A stretch of 64,000 nucleotides of DNA, filler included, from Sanchytrium tribonematis (taxonomy: Eukaryota), in assembly GCA_018985235.1 (NCBI GenBank). It is 11 parts of 11 records of this genome, joined end to end, with 100 filler letters (N's around TTAATTAATTAA, not from the genome) between each part and the next. Parts side by side here need not be neighbours in the genome. Positions count along the whole stretch, not along the records: positions 1 to 4,037 come from JADGIG010000767.1; positions 4,138 to 27,974 come from JADGIG010000075.1; 9 more parts are not named here. One strand, written 5' to 3'. The notes under the pieces were generated by a model. The model was not told the DNA's origin. It was given only the letters and a program-made list of their open reading frames with translations, and did no database searches. Within the stretch, counting starts at the first letter, position 1; each line of letters opens with the position of its first letter. Below, piece by piece: positions 1 through 10,017 of the stretch. The position numbers were made by a program, and so were the translations under genes.

Positions 1-1266
1 TGATTGCACAAGTGACTACTTTAGTGAAAGATGATACTCCAATGGTTCGAAGAATAATTTGCAAATTTTTGAGCGAAATTTTGCAAAGCACATTTAAATT
101 ACAAATGAATACTGATGAAATTATCACTGATATTCTGCTTCTAGCTAAAGATGAACAAGATAGTGTTCGATTGTTAAGTGTTGAAGGAATTACAACCATC
201 GCTCAAATTGGCAAAATTAGTGGATTACCTCTGCAAACACTAAAACAACTCATCAATGATAAATCATGGAGGGTGAGATATTGTGTTGCCCAACAATTGG
301 TTAAGTTATCGGACTACACTGATCCTACAGTTTTATTGGAAGATTTGCTCCCAACTTTGGTAAATAGCCTAAAAGACCATGAAGCTGAAGTCAGATTACC
401 GGCATGTGAAGCTTTGCCTGGAATTTGTGCCAAGTTGGAAAAAGACGTTATTTTGAATCAATTGGTGCCTATCGTAAAAGATCTTGCATCTGATCAAAGT
501 GCGCATGTAAGAGCTGCTTTAGCCAGCCATGTGGTTGGACTTGCACCAAAATTGGGAAAAGAAGAAACTATTGACCAATTATTACCAATTTTCTTGAAAT
601 GTCTTAAAGATGATAATTCTGACGTTCGCTTAAATTTAATTTCAAAAATGGACCAAGTTAATAGTGTTATCGGGATTGAGCTATTAAGCGAATGTTTATT
701 ACCTGCAATTGTGGAGTTAGCAGAAGATAAACAGTGGCGTGTAAGGCATGCTATGATTATGCATATTCCTCTTCTTAGCACACAATTAGGAAGCCAGTTT
801 TTTGATGAGAAGTTGTCTGATCTAGTTTATAATTGGCTCCAAGATCCTGTGAATTCTATCAGAACCATGACTTGTGATTGCGTGCTTCAGGTTATGAAAG
901 GCTTCGGTATTGAATGGGCCTTGACAAATCTTTTTCCAAAATTAATGCCATTAAAAAAATCGGAAAAATATTTATATAGATTAACATTTCTCCACGCGTT
1001 GACTGTAATATACATTAACTTAGTTGATCGGAAACGAATTGCCTGCACCTCAATTCAAACAACATGTTCTTCCAATATTGACGGAATTAGCTGCTGACCC
1101 AATTCCAAATGTCAGATTTAATGTTTGTAAGTGTTGTCAAACCTTAAAGGATAGCATTGTCAGTTCTCAATCGGTACCTGATATTCAGAATCTATTGAAA
1201 ACTGTCAAGGATGATTCAGACGATGATGTTAAATATTATGCGCAAAAGGCACTAGCAGCATTTTAA
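1..1266 (+). CDS. TPD3: Protein phosphatase 2A scaffold (A) subunit, HEAT repeats; 5'-partial, 2 exons (..1004, 1024..1266)
   Basis: Motifs DEQDSVRL, DKSWRVRY, DHEAEVR, VRLNLISK, LLPAIVELAEDKQWRVR and DPIPNVRFNV. ORFs 12..1097 and 1024..1266 are joined by a 19-nt intron. Confidence 0.95.
1005..1023 (+). other. 19-nt spliceosomal intron (GTAATATACATTAACTTAG)
   Basis: Removal gives ...FLHALT|LIGNELPAPQ..., restoring the PP2A-A C-terminal HEAT repeats. Confidence 0.9.
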
Positions 1267-1282
1267 TAAAATTTATAATTTA

Positions 1283-3907
1283 TTACACAATAGTCTTTGA
1301 GATTCTCTTGCATTCTCTTACAATTGATTTTGGTTGAATCTCTTGTAAATGAGAATCTGGATTAATAGGAATACTCAATACCCGGTTGTTGTTATCAGTT
1401 TTTAAAATAAAGGCGGAAGGGAAGCATCTGTAAAGTAGGGCTTCCGTCTTTTTTGCATTCATACACCGAAACAACTCGGTTTCTGGCTTACTAGAGAGTA
1501 AGTCAATTAACGACAGTTTTGCTGCCTCCCTAAGATCTTTCAGCATATTTTGAAGTATAACATCGGCAATTTCACCCGGGCAGAACCAAGAGCCAGCTAC
1601 ATCATGAATGCATCTTGGAAAGGCTTGAAATTCGCTATTATAACACACGAAATCTCCATTTAGATCGTAATAAGGATTATTATTAATTTGCTTTAACACT
1701 TTTGTAACTGCTGACTCTAAAGAATGCGGGGTGTTGGGATGTGGATTTGAATGGCAGAAAACAGACATGCAAGTTCGCTCTACCAAAATTTCACAATAAT
1801 TTAAAGGACCCGAGTTGAATTCAATAATATCATACATTAAATTTTGAGTTTTAGGTAATTGAGATAAAACTCCTTTTTGATTAAGTAAGGAAAAGACTGT
1901 CAGACAAGTCGTCTCAAATAGTGGATATCTATCCTTGCAAATGCTTAAATCTCTTCGATGTGCGACCAATTGCTTGAATATGTAGATCCATGCTTCCTTC
2001 GAAGCATCAATTGTGGCAGAAATATCCAACGATGAAAAATTTCCAGCTTTTCTCTTTAAAACTTCTACTGATAGTTTGCTACTTACATATTTAGGAGGAG
2101 GGACCAGATCCGGATATTGGGACTTGGACTGCTTTAAAGTTTGCTCTTTTTCCAACAAAGTATATTCACGATCTACCATTAAAACAAACTGATAAATGGA
2201 TTTCGAAGTAGTATCTGTGATCTCCAAAGCTTGCGTGGGAGAAAAAGGATTGATGCTTTTTAAAAACTTATTATCTAAAATTTTAGATCTGTAATTAGAA
2301 GGTAAAAGTTTGGCAATTTTACACAAGTATAATAATTTCGTGCTTTGCATCACAATTAAATTATCAGGCCAGGACATAGACGTCTCTAACTCCAACGCAA
2401 AATAATTAAGTTGTAAATGATGTACATGAGAAATAGGCAGTGGTAGATCTAATGACTTTAGTGTGTCTTTCAGTTCTTTGATGTTTGAATCTAATTTAAT
2501 TTCTGGAAATATAATCTTAGAGCTAGTGATATTAATGTCTTTAAAATGTACTGAGAGACATTTGTTGATGATTTCATGAATATCGTCATTATCAAAGCTG
2601 ACACAGACGTTAACAAATCCGTCTTTGAATTTTCTTTTTTCACAATTTTCACCCCACAATTGTATAAATGATGCAGCTTCTTTGGTATTAATTGGCGGAC
2701 CACGAAGCAACGGCGTTGGTTTCGATTTTAACAATACTTTGATGCAAATATTATTCTTGATGTCAATATTCACAATATTAATATAATCAATTGCCTTTTT
2801 CAACAATCTTTCGATAGCTCCAGCTAGGAAAAACTTGTATTCCCAAGTGTTAACTTTTGCACTACTATTGAAAAATGCAGGAACGCTTTTGGGAATATCA
2901 GCGAGGATAGTTGCGTCCCAATTTTCATAATATTTGTTAAATAAAGAATGCGGATCAATTTCGATACTATCATCAGCAAATCTACACTGCTGTTGCAAAT
3001 ATAAAAATTTGTTGATAGGGATTGCGTCAAAGCTTAAATGATCAAGCCTTAGAAAAGCGTATTTATCTTCAATTGTCCACAATGATGTATTATTATATAT
3101 TTTGCGCATGACGCATTTAAAAAACTGCAAAGAACTCATATTTTCGCCCAATTCGTTTGCAACTGAGTCTGCAAGATACGATAAGCTCGCACTTGAGATA
3201 CTTAAGCTTCTTTTCTTCACAAATGTCTTCAATAGTCGCAAAGCATCACAAAATCCCTCTGAATTCTGATACTTAAGAAACTTTTGGTTCACATCTAACG
3301 CAAATTGATCTTTTGCTAGAACATGATTGTAAAGCGGAGTGGGCGCTAATTTGGAATAGTCAATATCTGCTAATCTAACGTTGTTCTTCGTAGGAATCAA
3401 TCTAGATTTGCTTAGGCTTCCTTCTTCCAGCACAATTCGAAAAACAAAGACATTCATTTGTATAATTACCCGAGCGGTCCAACAAAGATGCGTTTTATCA
3501 ATGGTGAATTTTTGATTAAACAATTTCTCGAAATTCTTAATAAAAGATTCTAAATAGAAGTTTCGTTTGCAAATATAAGTAAAATTTGTATCATCTTTTT
3601 CATCAATTAATTCTTTCGATAGGAGCACCCCGATGTCGATTTCATAGCTACTTTTGCAGAGCGTATTTTGAACCCAACTTCCGATGGGAATGATATCATT
3701 TGGTTTTTGGAGCTTGACTTCTATATTCTGGGTCACAGTACACTGACAAAGATCGTCTAAAATGGCGTAAGTATTTCCCTTGATGTTAATCACTTTCGCC
3801 GTCAACTGCAACTGGTCAAATTTACTTTTTATCAATTCCCACTCTAAATTAATAGACTCTAGTTGTTCTTTTGACAGGTTTAATTGCTTTGATATTATTG
3901 AGAGCAT
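1283..3907 (-). CDS. UTP22: Nucleolar protein 6 / Utp22 (Nrap family), U3 snoRNP
   Basis: Motifs PTKNNVR, PTPLYN and RGP..FIQLWGE..EKRKFKDG are typical of Nrap. First ATG is at 3907. Confidence 0.85.
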   Translation of the reverse strand: MLSIISKQLNLSKEQLESINLEWELIKSKFDQLQLTAKVINIKGNTYAILDDLCQCTVTQNIEVKLQKPNDIIPIGSWVQNTLCKSSYEIDIGVLLSKELIDEKDDTNFTYICKRNFYLESFIKNFEKLFNQKFTIDKTHLCWTARVIIQMNVFVFRIVLEEGSLSKSRLIPTKNNVRLADIDYSKLAPTPLYNHVLAKDQFALDVNQKFLKYQNSEGFCDALRLLKTFVKKRSLSISSASLSYLADSVANELGENMSSLQFFKCVMRKIYNNTSLWTIEDKYAFLRLDHLSFDAIPINKFLYLQQQCRFADDSIEIDPHSLFNKYYENWDATILADIPKSVPAFFNSSAKVNTWEYKFFLAGAIERLLKKAIDYINIVNIDIKNNICIKVLLKSKPTPLLRGPPINTKEAASFIQLWGENCEKRKFKDGFVNVCVSFDNDDIHEIINKCLSVHFKDINITSSKIIFPEIKLDSNIKELKDTLKSLDLPLPISHVHHLQLNYFALELETSMSWPDNLIVMQSTKLLYLCKIAKLLPSNYRSKILDNKFLKSINPFSPTQALEITDTTSKSIYQFVLMVDREYTLLEKEQTLKQSKSQYPDLVPPPKYVSSKLSVEVLKRKAGNFSSLDISATIDASKEAWIYIFKQLVAHRRDLSICKDRYPLFETTCLTVFSLLNQKGVLSQLPKTQNLMYDIIEFNSGPLNYCEILVERTCMSVFCHSNPHPNTPHSLESAVTKVLKQINNNPYYDLNGDFVCYNSEFQAFPRCIHDVAGSWFCPGEIADVILQNMLKDLREAAKLSLIDLLSSKPETELFRCMNAKKTEALLYRCFPSAFILKTDNNNRVLSIPINPDSHLQEIQPKSIVRECKRISKTIV

Positions 3908-4037
3908 TCCCAAGTTTCCCCCAAATTTTGAGAAATAGTACAATTGTTTCAAATTATTGTTTTAATTTATTGCGACAAAATAAAATTCACTGCTTTCTGA
4001 TCTACAAGATTTGGGTTTAAATTTGTGGATGGTTTTA

Positions 4038-4137
4038 NNNNNNNNNNNNNNNNNNNNNNNNNNNNNNNNNNNNNNNNNNNNTTAATTAATTAANNNNNNN
4101 NNNNNNNNNNNNNNNNNNNNNNNNNNNNNNNNNNNNN
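4038..4137. other. Artificial contig linker (Ns around TTAATTAATTAA). Same linker at 27975-28074, 32109-32208, 36235-36334, 40334-40433, 44422-44521, 48502-48601, 52578-52677, 56653-56752, 60716-60815
   Basis: Ten identical 100-nt blocks with a six-frame stop core; genes are cut at their edges. Confidence 0.97.
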
Positions 4138-4454
4138 ACTTTGGGTGGTGAAGACTCAATATGAGTACTCCATTCCACTGGTTCGCCAACTTGATCATCA
4201 TCAATATCAATTTTCCGATTAGATATCACTTTGCCAACTTCCCGATCGGCAGCAAATATTGGAGCTCTATTTAGTGCATAGAGCGTCGATAAAAGAAGTT
4301 TATATTTTTGTACATTTTTAAGATTTTTTGGGAGCGGCTTTTGAGGAACGTTGAGGTTGGCAAATATTTCATCTCCAACTATACCCCTGCTGTATGCTTC
4401 CAAAATCCAATTGAGTGCATCGACTGACGGCGAGTCTTCCAGAGAGTCAGACAT
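4138..4454 (-). CDS. Hypothetical protein, 3'-truncated by contig end
   Basis: ORF from ATG 4454 (MSDSLEDSP...) is open to the contig edge and divergent from the importin gene. Confidence 0.45.
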
Positions 4455-4486
4455 TTCAAAACAATTTCCCCTGTAGAAAAACAAAA

Positions 4487-7157
4487 ATGTATCAACAACT
4501 CATAGATACACTCTATGGACCTTCATCAACACCTGAACAGAGAAAAGACGCAGAGATGCAACTTGTAGCATTTCAAAAATCAGATAACGGCTTAGCAAGT
4601 GTCGGCGAAATGCTGAAGGGAAATTTTAACGCTCAATTTTTTGGAATTATGACTATACAAGTACACTTAGTCACGACAAACTACACTATCTCATTTGAGG
4701 AGATTTTGAAAGTTTACGATGTAATTAAATCTTCGCCTCAATTTGTTATTCGTAAATATGCAGTTGTTTTAGCAACAGTTGGGCTTAAAACTATTCCAGA
4801 TGATTTTTTGAACAAGGTTTATCAGTATACACAGTCTGTACCGCTTGTTCTATTCACTGCTATGGATCTCGTTAATACAAGTGAGAAGATATATCAAATT
4901 CGGTTGAGAAACCACTCCATTATATTTTGCAAAAGTAATTCAAAATTTGTTTTATCTATTATTAACGAATGCCTTAACAGAAGACAGTATTGTGAAGAAG
5001 CGGTGGAAACATTTACTATTTGGCTTTCAAGATTTGAAAACACTGAAATTCAACAGCTTTATTCTTTATTATTAGATTTATTAAGAAGAAATGAAATTTT
5101 AGAACATGTGTCTGAGGCTATTTGTGGGATAGTTAGTGCGGTTGAAGGGTTTGAAGAAAGCATTGGTGATACATTGGTGCCTGAAATTTCTAGTCAGAAG
5201 GTGCTCGAATTGATCCGTTCACAATCCGATGACACAGAATCCTTTTTAAAGATTATAATGTCTGTTGGGGAAGAATTGACTAATTACCTTGTTAGAAACG
5301 CGCTAAAGCCTGAAGTTGATAATTATTTTCAAGTTCTAATGACAATAACCAATGCCCCTGGTACTTTCGGAATCGATGAAGTCATTAGTGAGGAAAGTTT
5401 GTTCATTTGGTCTTATATTCAAGAAGCTGTGACTGAGCCGTCAAGTCAATTGTGCAAATCCTTTGCTATTGACTATCCGGACTTTGACCCCAGTCGATTT
5501 GAAGTTCCTCAAATTATATTTCAAAAATTCGAATCTATTTTCAAAACATTACTTGTAGTCGCGCTGACAAAAATGGCTGCGGATCCGAAGTCATTTAGTG
5601 ATAAACCTAAAGATTTGTTGACTCAATTTATGACTTATCGTTCTACTCTTTGTGATACTGTGCTGGACGTTTACAAAATATGCCCCCAATATACCATGGA
5701 ATATCTGTATACAAATTTAAAGGAGCTTCTTTTTAATGCTCAAACTCGAGAGTCCTCAGTAGAATGCCTTTTAAGGTCTTTTGGGTTTTTGAGCGACTAT
5801 AACGAGGAAGACACTACAGTTTCAAAATTTTTTGAAGTAGAATTATTAAACCAGTCTATGCAACTTGCGAAAAATAATACTTGGACACATGTGCATCAGC
5901 AGTATTTGCTTTGTTGTGGGCACTATTCAATATGGTTCGAAAAAAACTCAGCCTTTGATCCTACTAATGTAATCAATTACACTATGACATTGCTTGAATT
6001 CTCAAAATACCAAAATACTTCCGTACAGGCCATAAAGGGTCTCTGTAGGTACTTACCCGAACGCATGATAAAATTTGCTGGCCCACTATTAGCAAATATA
6101 CCTCAGTTTAGCGACACCGTTAAAATCGGGTTACTGCAAGCTCTTTCAACAACGACATCCACACTTGGCTGTAATGAAAAATTAGACGCACTGCAAATTA
6201 TTTTGGTGAATATTCACCAAAATTTTTCTCAAGTCAAATTGCAAACTGACAACACCATTCTTTTGAAGTGGGCAAACGCTTTCACTGACGTCGTTCAGTC
6301 TTTTCCAAAGCTTTCTGAGTTGAAGCTGGCTGATAAAAGTCATTTAAATCCATTTTTAGTCATCTTGGATTCAAATATCTTGACTTGGATGCATTTTGTC
6401 TCCCAACTTCCATCTGATATCGAACTTAGTAATTGTTTTTTAAAAATTGTCGGGTTGTCTTCTCCATTAATTATGTTTGAATGGGAGGCACCATTAAAAA
6501 GTGCCACTCAAATGAGTGAATTTCTACATCAGTGGTGGTGCTCGAATTCTTGCAGTGAGATTCTTGGGTGTTATCAAAGAGTCATTAAAGCTTGTGATAG
6601 CAATTTTTTATATAGCTATAAAGCCGTTGCTTTAGATTATCTTTCCAAGATCTTACTAGACACGTCAAAATTCAGTATTTTTCACTAATTTAGATGACCC
6701 AGAAATTTTAATTGCCGGTCTTGAATCATTCGTATTTGTTATTAAGGACTTGGATCAGCTAAAACTTTCAGAACATGAAACAAAAGCCATTTTAAACAAT
6801 TTCCAGGAAATGACAATCTTTGGTTTAAAATCAAACTACAGGAATGTATGCGCTCAAGCCTTGACAATAGTTGAATCTAGCCATGCTTCTCCAAACCTCA
6901 ATTTAAATAGAAGCCTCAACCCATCTGTAATACTGCCTACAATATTTGAAGCATTAAAGCAATCTATGCCTTTAGACAAGTTTTTAATGACAAAAGCATG
7001 TCATTATATCCAAAATATTCTTAGACAGAACCCTGAACCTTACTTGATTTGCATCCCAAAGGACCTCAATTTTTCTAGCTTAGATATCAAATCAATCAGA
7101 CAGTCGTTGCTAATCTGGTCAGGAAGACCTTCGTTTGATTCTAGTTCATTTAATTGA
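4487..7157 (+). CDS. Importin-beta family karyopherin (importin-13/transportin-SR-like); 2 exons (4487..6674, 6694..7157)
   Basis: N-terminal LY..S.PEQRKDAEMQLVAFQKS/QFFG (IBN_N-like) and PGTFGIDEVISE..L..W motif. Frame is restored by a 19-nt intron. Confidence 0.8.
6675..6693 (+). other. 19-nt intron (GTATTTTTCACTAATTTAG) with CTAAT branch site
   Basis: Removal gives ...TSKF|NDPEILIAGLESF...LDQL, continuous with ORF 6750..7157. Confidence 0.9.
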
Positions 7158-7161
7158 TTTA

Positions 7162-9567
7162 TTAGGCTTTCCTCGAATCCTCTTTTAGAGAAACTGTCTT
7201 ATTGAAAACCACAGACGAAGATAATAAATCGTTCTTGACAGATTTAAGTTGGTTTTCAAAAAGAGCTGTAAAGTCACTACTTGGATCAACTTGATAATAA
7301 CCCATTCTAACAAATTGAAACTTTAATTTTTCAGTATAATAATGATGCTCTGCCATAGCAGTGGCAGTTAATTGGCATCTCTTGTATTCTTTAGTTGGTT
7401 TCCAATAACTATTGATACAAGCTTCTAGAGCGCCCAACTCTATTAGGCCTTTTTGTACATTAAGTGAATTGTAATTAATGTCGCTCAAGTAACCTTGAGG
7501 AACCAGTTGTTTGTCGCTTGGGTCAGGATGTTTGAAAAGATTGTCATAGTCATTAATGTCGACACTTATTGCGTGGGCTGGATTAACCCATTGAATATAA
7601 GATTTTAATTTTTCGTAAGGAATTTCCGGGTTACAATTTGGAAATGAAGGATCGTCATAGCGACACTCAAGGCCATCACCAGTCACTCGCACACAGGTTA
7701 TTGGGAAAGGAACTTGCAGTAACCCTACCGAGTAACCTTTTCGTAAGCGATAGAAATTTTCGTCGGCGTCCTCGACAAAGTCTGAGGTGTCAATTGCAAT
7801 TTCTTTTCCAAAGTACAAGGTTCTACTTAGATGTGATCCGTTTAACATCGAAACATTATCAATTTTAATTAAAAAGTCGTCAGGAACATTAATTAATTTG
7901 ATTTTTAATGGCTTTAACACGGCAAAACATCGCGGAGCCGTAGAATTTAAATGATCTCTAACAACTTGATCAAAACGAACACTTTCTATAGTGGTCAATG
8001 ATGTGGTCACACCCAACTGTCTTACAAAAGTATTTATAGCATCTGCAGGTACACCTCTTCTTCTGAGGGCAATAAGTGTAAATAATCTTGGATCGTCCCA
8101 ATTTTTGACTGCGCCGATCTTTACTAATTCAACCACTTTCCTTTTACTAGTAACTGTCCCGGTGATGTTTAATCTACCGTACTCCCATTGAACCGGTTTG
8201 TATAATTCTAAAGCATCTAAGATCCAATAATAGGATTCTCGCGCATGTACGAATTCAGTTGTACAAAGGCTATGAGTTATGTTTTCGACACTATCACAAA
8301 TGCAATGCGTAAAATCATAAGTAGGATAAATACACCATTTGTCTTTGGTTCTTTCATGGGTTTTGGACTTGATGATTCGATAAGCTACAGGATCCCAAAA
8401 ATATGGATTGGGCGATTGCATGTCCATCTTTAATCGCAAAGTAGCCTTGCCTTCCTCATATTTGCCATTTTTCATATTTTCAAATTCTAAGAGGGATTCC
8501 GAAATCGGCCTACTTCTATATTTAGAATCAGATCGTGGTCCCTTAGCTTCCCCACCTCTTTGCTCATACATTTCCTCTCCAGTTGAATGGTCGACATACG
8601 CCTTGTCTCGTTTAATCATTAAAACTGCAAGCTCATATAATTTATCAAAGTTGTCGCTTGAATGAGTCACCTTAAAAGGTTCAAAACCAAGCCACTGCAC
8701 CATCTCTAGGATGCCATCAAAATAAATCTGATCCTCGGCATCCGGATTTGTGTCGTCATACCGCAAATAACATTTTCCATTATGTAATTTAGCATATCCA
8801 AAATTTATATTAATTGCTTTCGCATGTCCCAAATGCAAGAATCCATTTGGTTCGGGAGGAAATCTTGTCATTACAAGGCCATTTGTTTCTTTTAAGTGCT
8901 GCTTCATTAAATCAGGATTGATTTGGGGATTTTGGCCAGCCTTATGTAATTTGGAAATATCACCTTCCTTCAGAAAATCAAATGGCCCCTTTTCTTCTAT
9001 CGATTTTTCAGACAACTTATGAGCGACCTTGGGTTTATAATTTTTCAAATTCTTGTCGATTATTTTCATCATCGCAGGAATGTTACCAAATCTTAAAAAC
9101 GGATCATTTCTGATTTCCTTTAAGATGACCGGCTTTAAATTAGGGACAGTGTTATTTTTTTCAATAACGCTGTCTACAAAGGTTTGAACTTGAGTATCCT
9201 CAATCAAGATACCGACTCCACACCTTTTCTTGATATCATCCAAACCGATGATATTATTTACCAAATTTTCAATAACAGCATAGTCATCATCTTGATCAAC
9301 AGGTATTTTAGACCTGAACTCTTTTATAATTCCGATAGCCTCATCAATTTGAACTCCACCACTAATTTTGCCTTCAAAAATAAATTTGACGATAACATTG
9401 TGAAGTATTGAATATGGGAAAGATTGAGAGCAAAGATTCATAACAAGCTTATGTTGGTCTGGTTGATGAAATTTAATGCTTTTTACAAGGCAATCTGAAA
9501 GATCTGCATTCTTCTCAGTCTCAGCTAATTTTGATTTTGAAAGTTTGAAATACGACAAATCTCCCAT
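7162..9567 (-). CDS. GLN4: Glutaminyl-tRNA synthetase
   Basis: TRFPPEPNGFLHLGH (HIGH), YPTYDFTHC, HSLCTTEF, QWEYGRLN, SKRK; eukaryotic N-terminal extension. Confidence 0.97.
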   Translation of the reverse strand: MGDLSYFKLSKSKLAETEKNADLSDCLVKSIKFHQPDQHKLVMNLCSQSFPYSILHNVIVKFIFEGKISGGVQIDEAIGIIKEFRSKIPVDQDDDYAVIENLVNNIIGLDDIKKRCGVGILIEDTQVQTFVDSVIEKNNTVPNLKPVILKEIRNDPFLRFGNIPAMMKIIDKNLKNYKPKVAHKLSEKSIEEKGPFDFLKEGDISKLHKAGQNPQINPDLMKQHLKETNGLVMTRFPPEPNGFLHLGHAKAININFGYAKLHNGKCYLRYDDTNPDAEDQIYFDGILEMVQWLGFEPFKVTHSSDNFDKLYELAVLMIKRDKAYVDHSTGEEMYEQRGGEAKGPRSDSKYRSRPISESLLEFENMKNGKYEEGKATLRLKMDMQSPNPYFWDPVAYRIIKSKTHERTKDKWCIYPTYDFTHCICDSVENITHSLCTTEFVHARESYYWILDALELYKPVQWEYGRLNITGTVTSKRKVVELVKIGAVKNWDDPRLFTLIALRRRGVPADAINTFVRQLGVTTSLTTIESVRFDQVVRDHLNSTAPRCFAVLKPLKIKLINVPDDFLIKIDNVSMLNGSHLSRTLYFGKEIAIDTSDFVEDADENFYRLRKGYSVGLLQVPFPITCVRVTGDGLECRYDDPSFPNCNPEIPYEKLKSYIQWVNPAHAISVDINDYDNLFKHPDPSDKQLVPQGYLSDINYNSLNVQKGLIELGALEACINSYWKPTKEYKRCQLTATAMAEHHYYTEKLKFQFVRMGYYQVDPSSDFTALFENQLKSVKNDLLSSSVVFNKTVSLKEDSRKA

Positions 9568-9645
9568 GTGTGAAAAATGAACTTTGATTGTGTCAAGGTA
9601 TAGGTTGAATTGGTAACAGTAAATCCAAGTAATATCTCAAATCAT

Positions 9646-9957
9646 TTATTTTTTCGATTTTTTGGCGGTTTTTGTTCCAGGAATCTTTTTCGGTGGTGCT
9701 GATTTACCTCTAGCAGCTCTCATTTTTAATTTTGCTTTCCGCTCTACCTCCGCTAGATCAGCATCCTCAATTCCCATCGCCTTATTAAGTTTTCTTTGTA
9801 ATGCTGGTTTTACAGTCTTAGGATACCATTGTACCAGTTTTTCACCAATTAGCGGTTTCCGAAGTACATTTAAACCGGATCTACCAACCGATGGATATGC
9901 ATGTTCCCATAATTTAGCTTGATATTTTGCAACTATTTGCTTTGCGGAATTTAACAT
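9646..9957 (-). CDS. RSM27: Mitochondrial ribosomal small-subunit protein mS33
   Basis: RSG..VLRKPLIGEKLVQWYP and RGKSAPPKK motifs. Confidence 0.8.
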   Translation of the reverse strand: MLNSAKQIVAKYQAKLWEHAYPSVGRSGLNVLRKPLIGEKLVQWYPKTVKPALQRKLNKAMGIEDADLAEVERKAKLKMRAARGKSAPPKKIPGTKTAKKSKK

Positions 9958-10017
9958 TTTCACCCCTCTGTTTTTGATGCATTCCAAATAGTATAAAACC
10001 TTGTTTCGAATTATTGA

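Noticed and set aside
4038..4137. Recurrent TTAATTAATTAA palindrome at about 4-kb spacing
   Set aside because: It is always embedded in exactly 100 nt of Ns, so it is an artificial six-frame-stop contig linker. Gene adjacency across it is meaningless.
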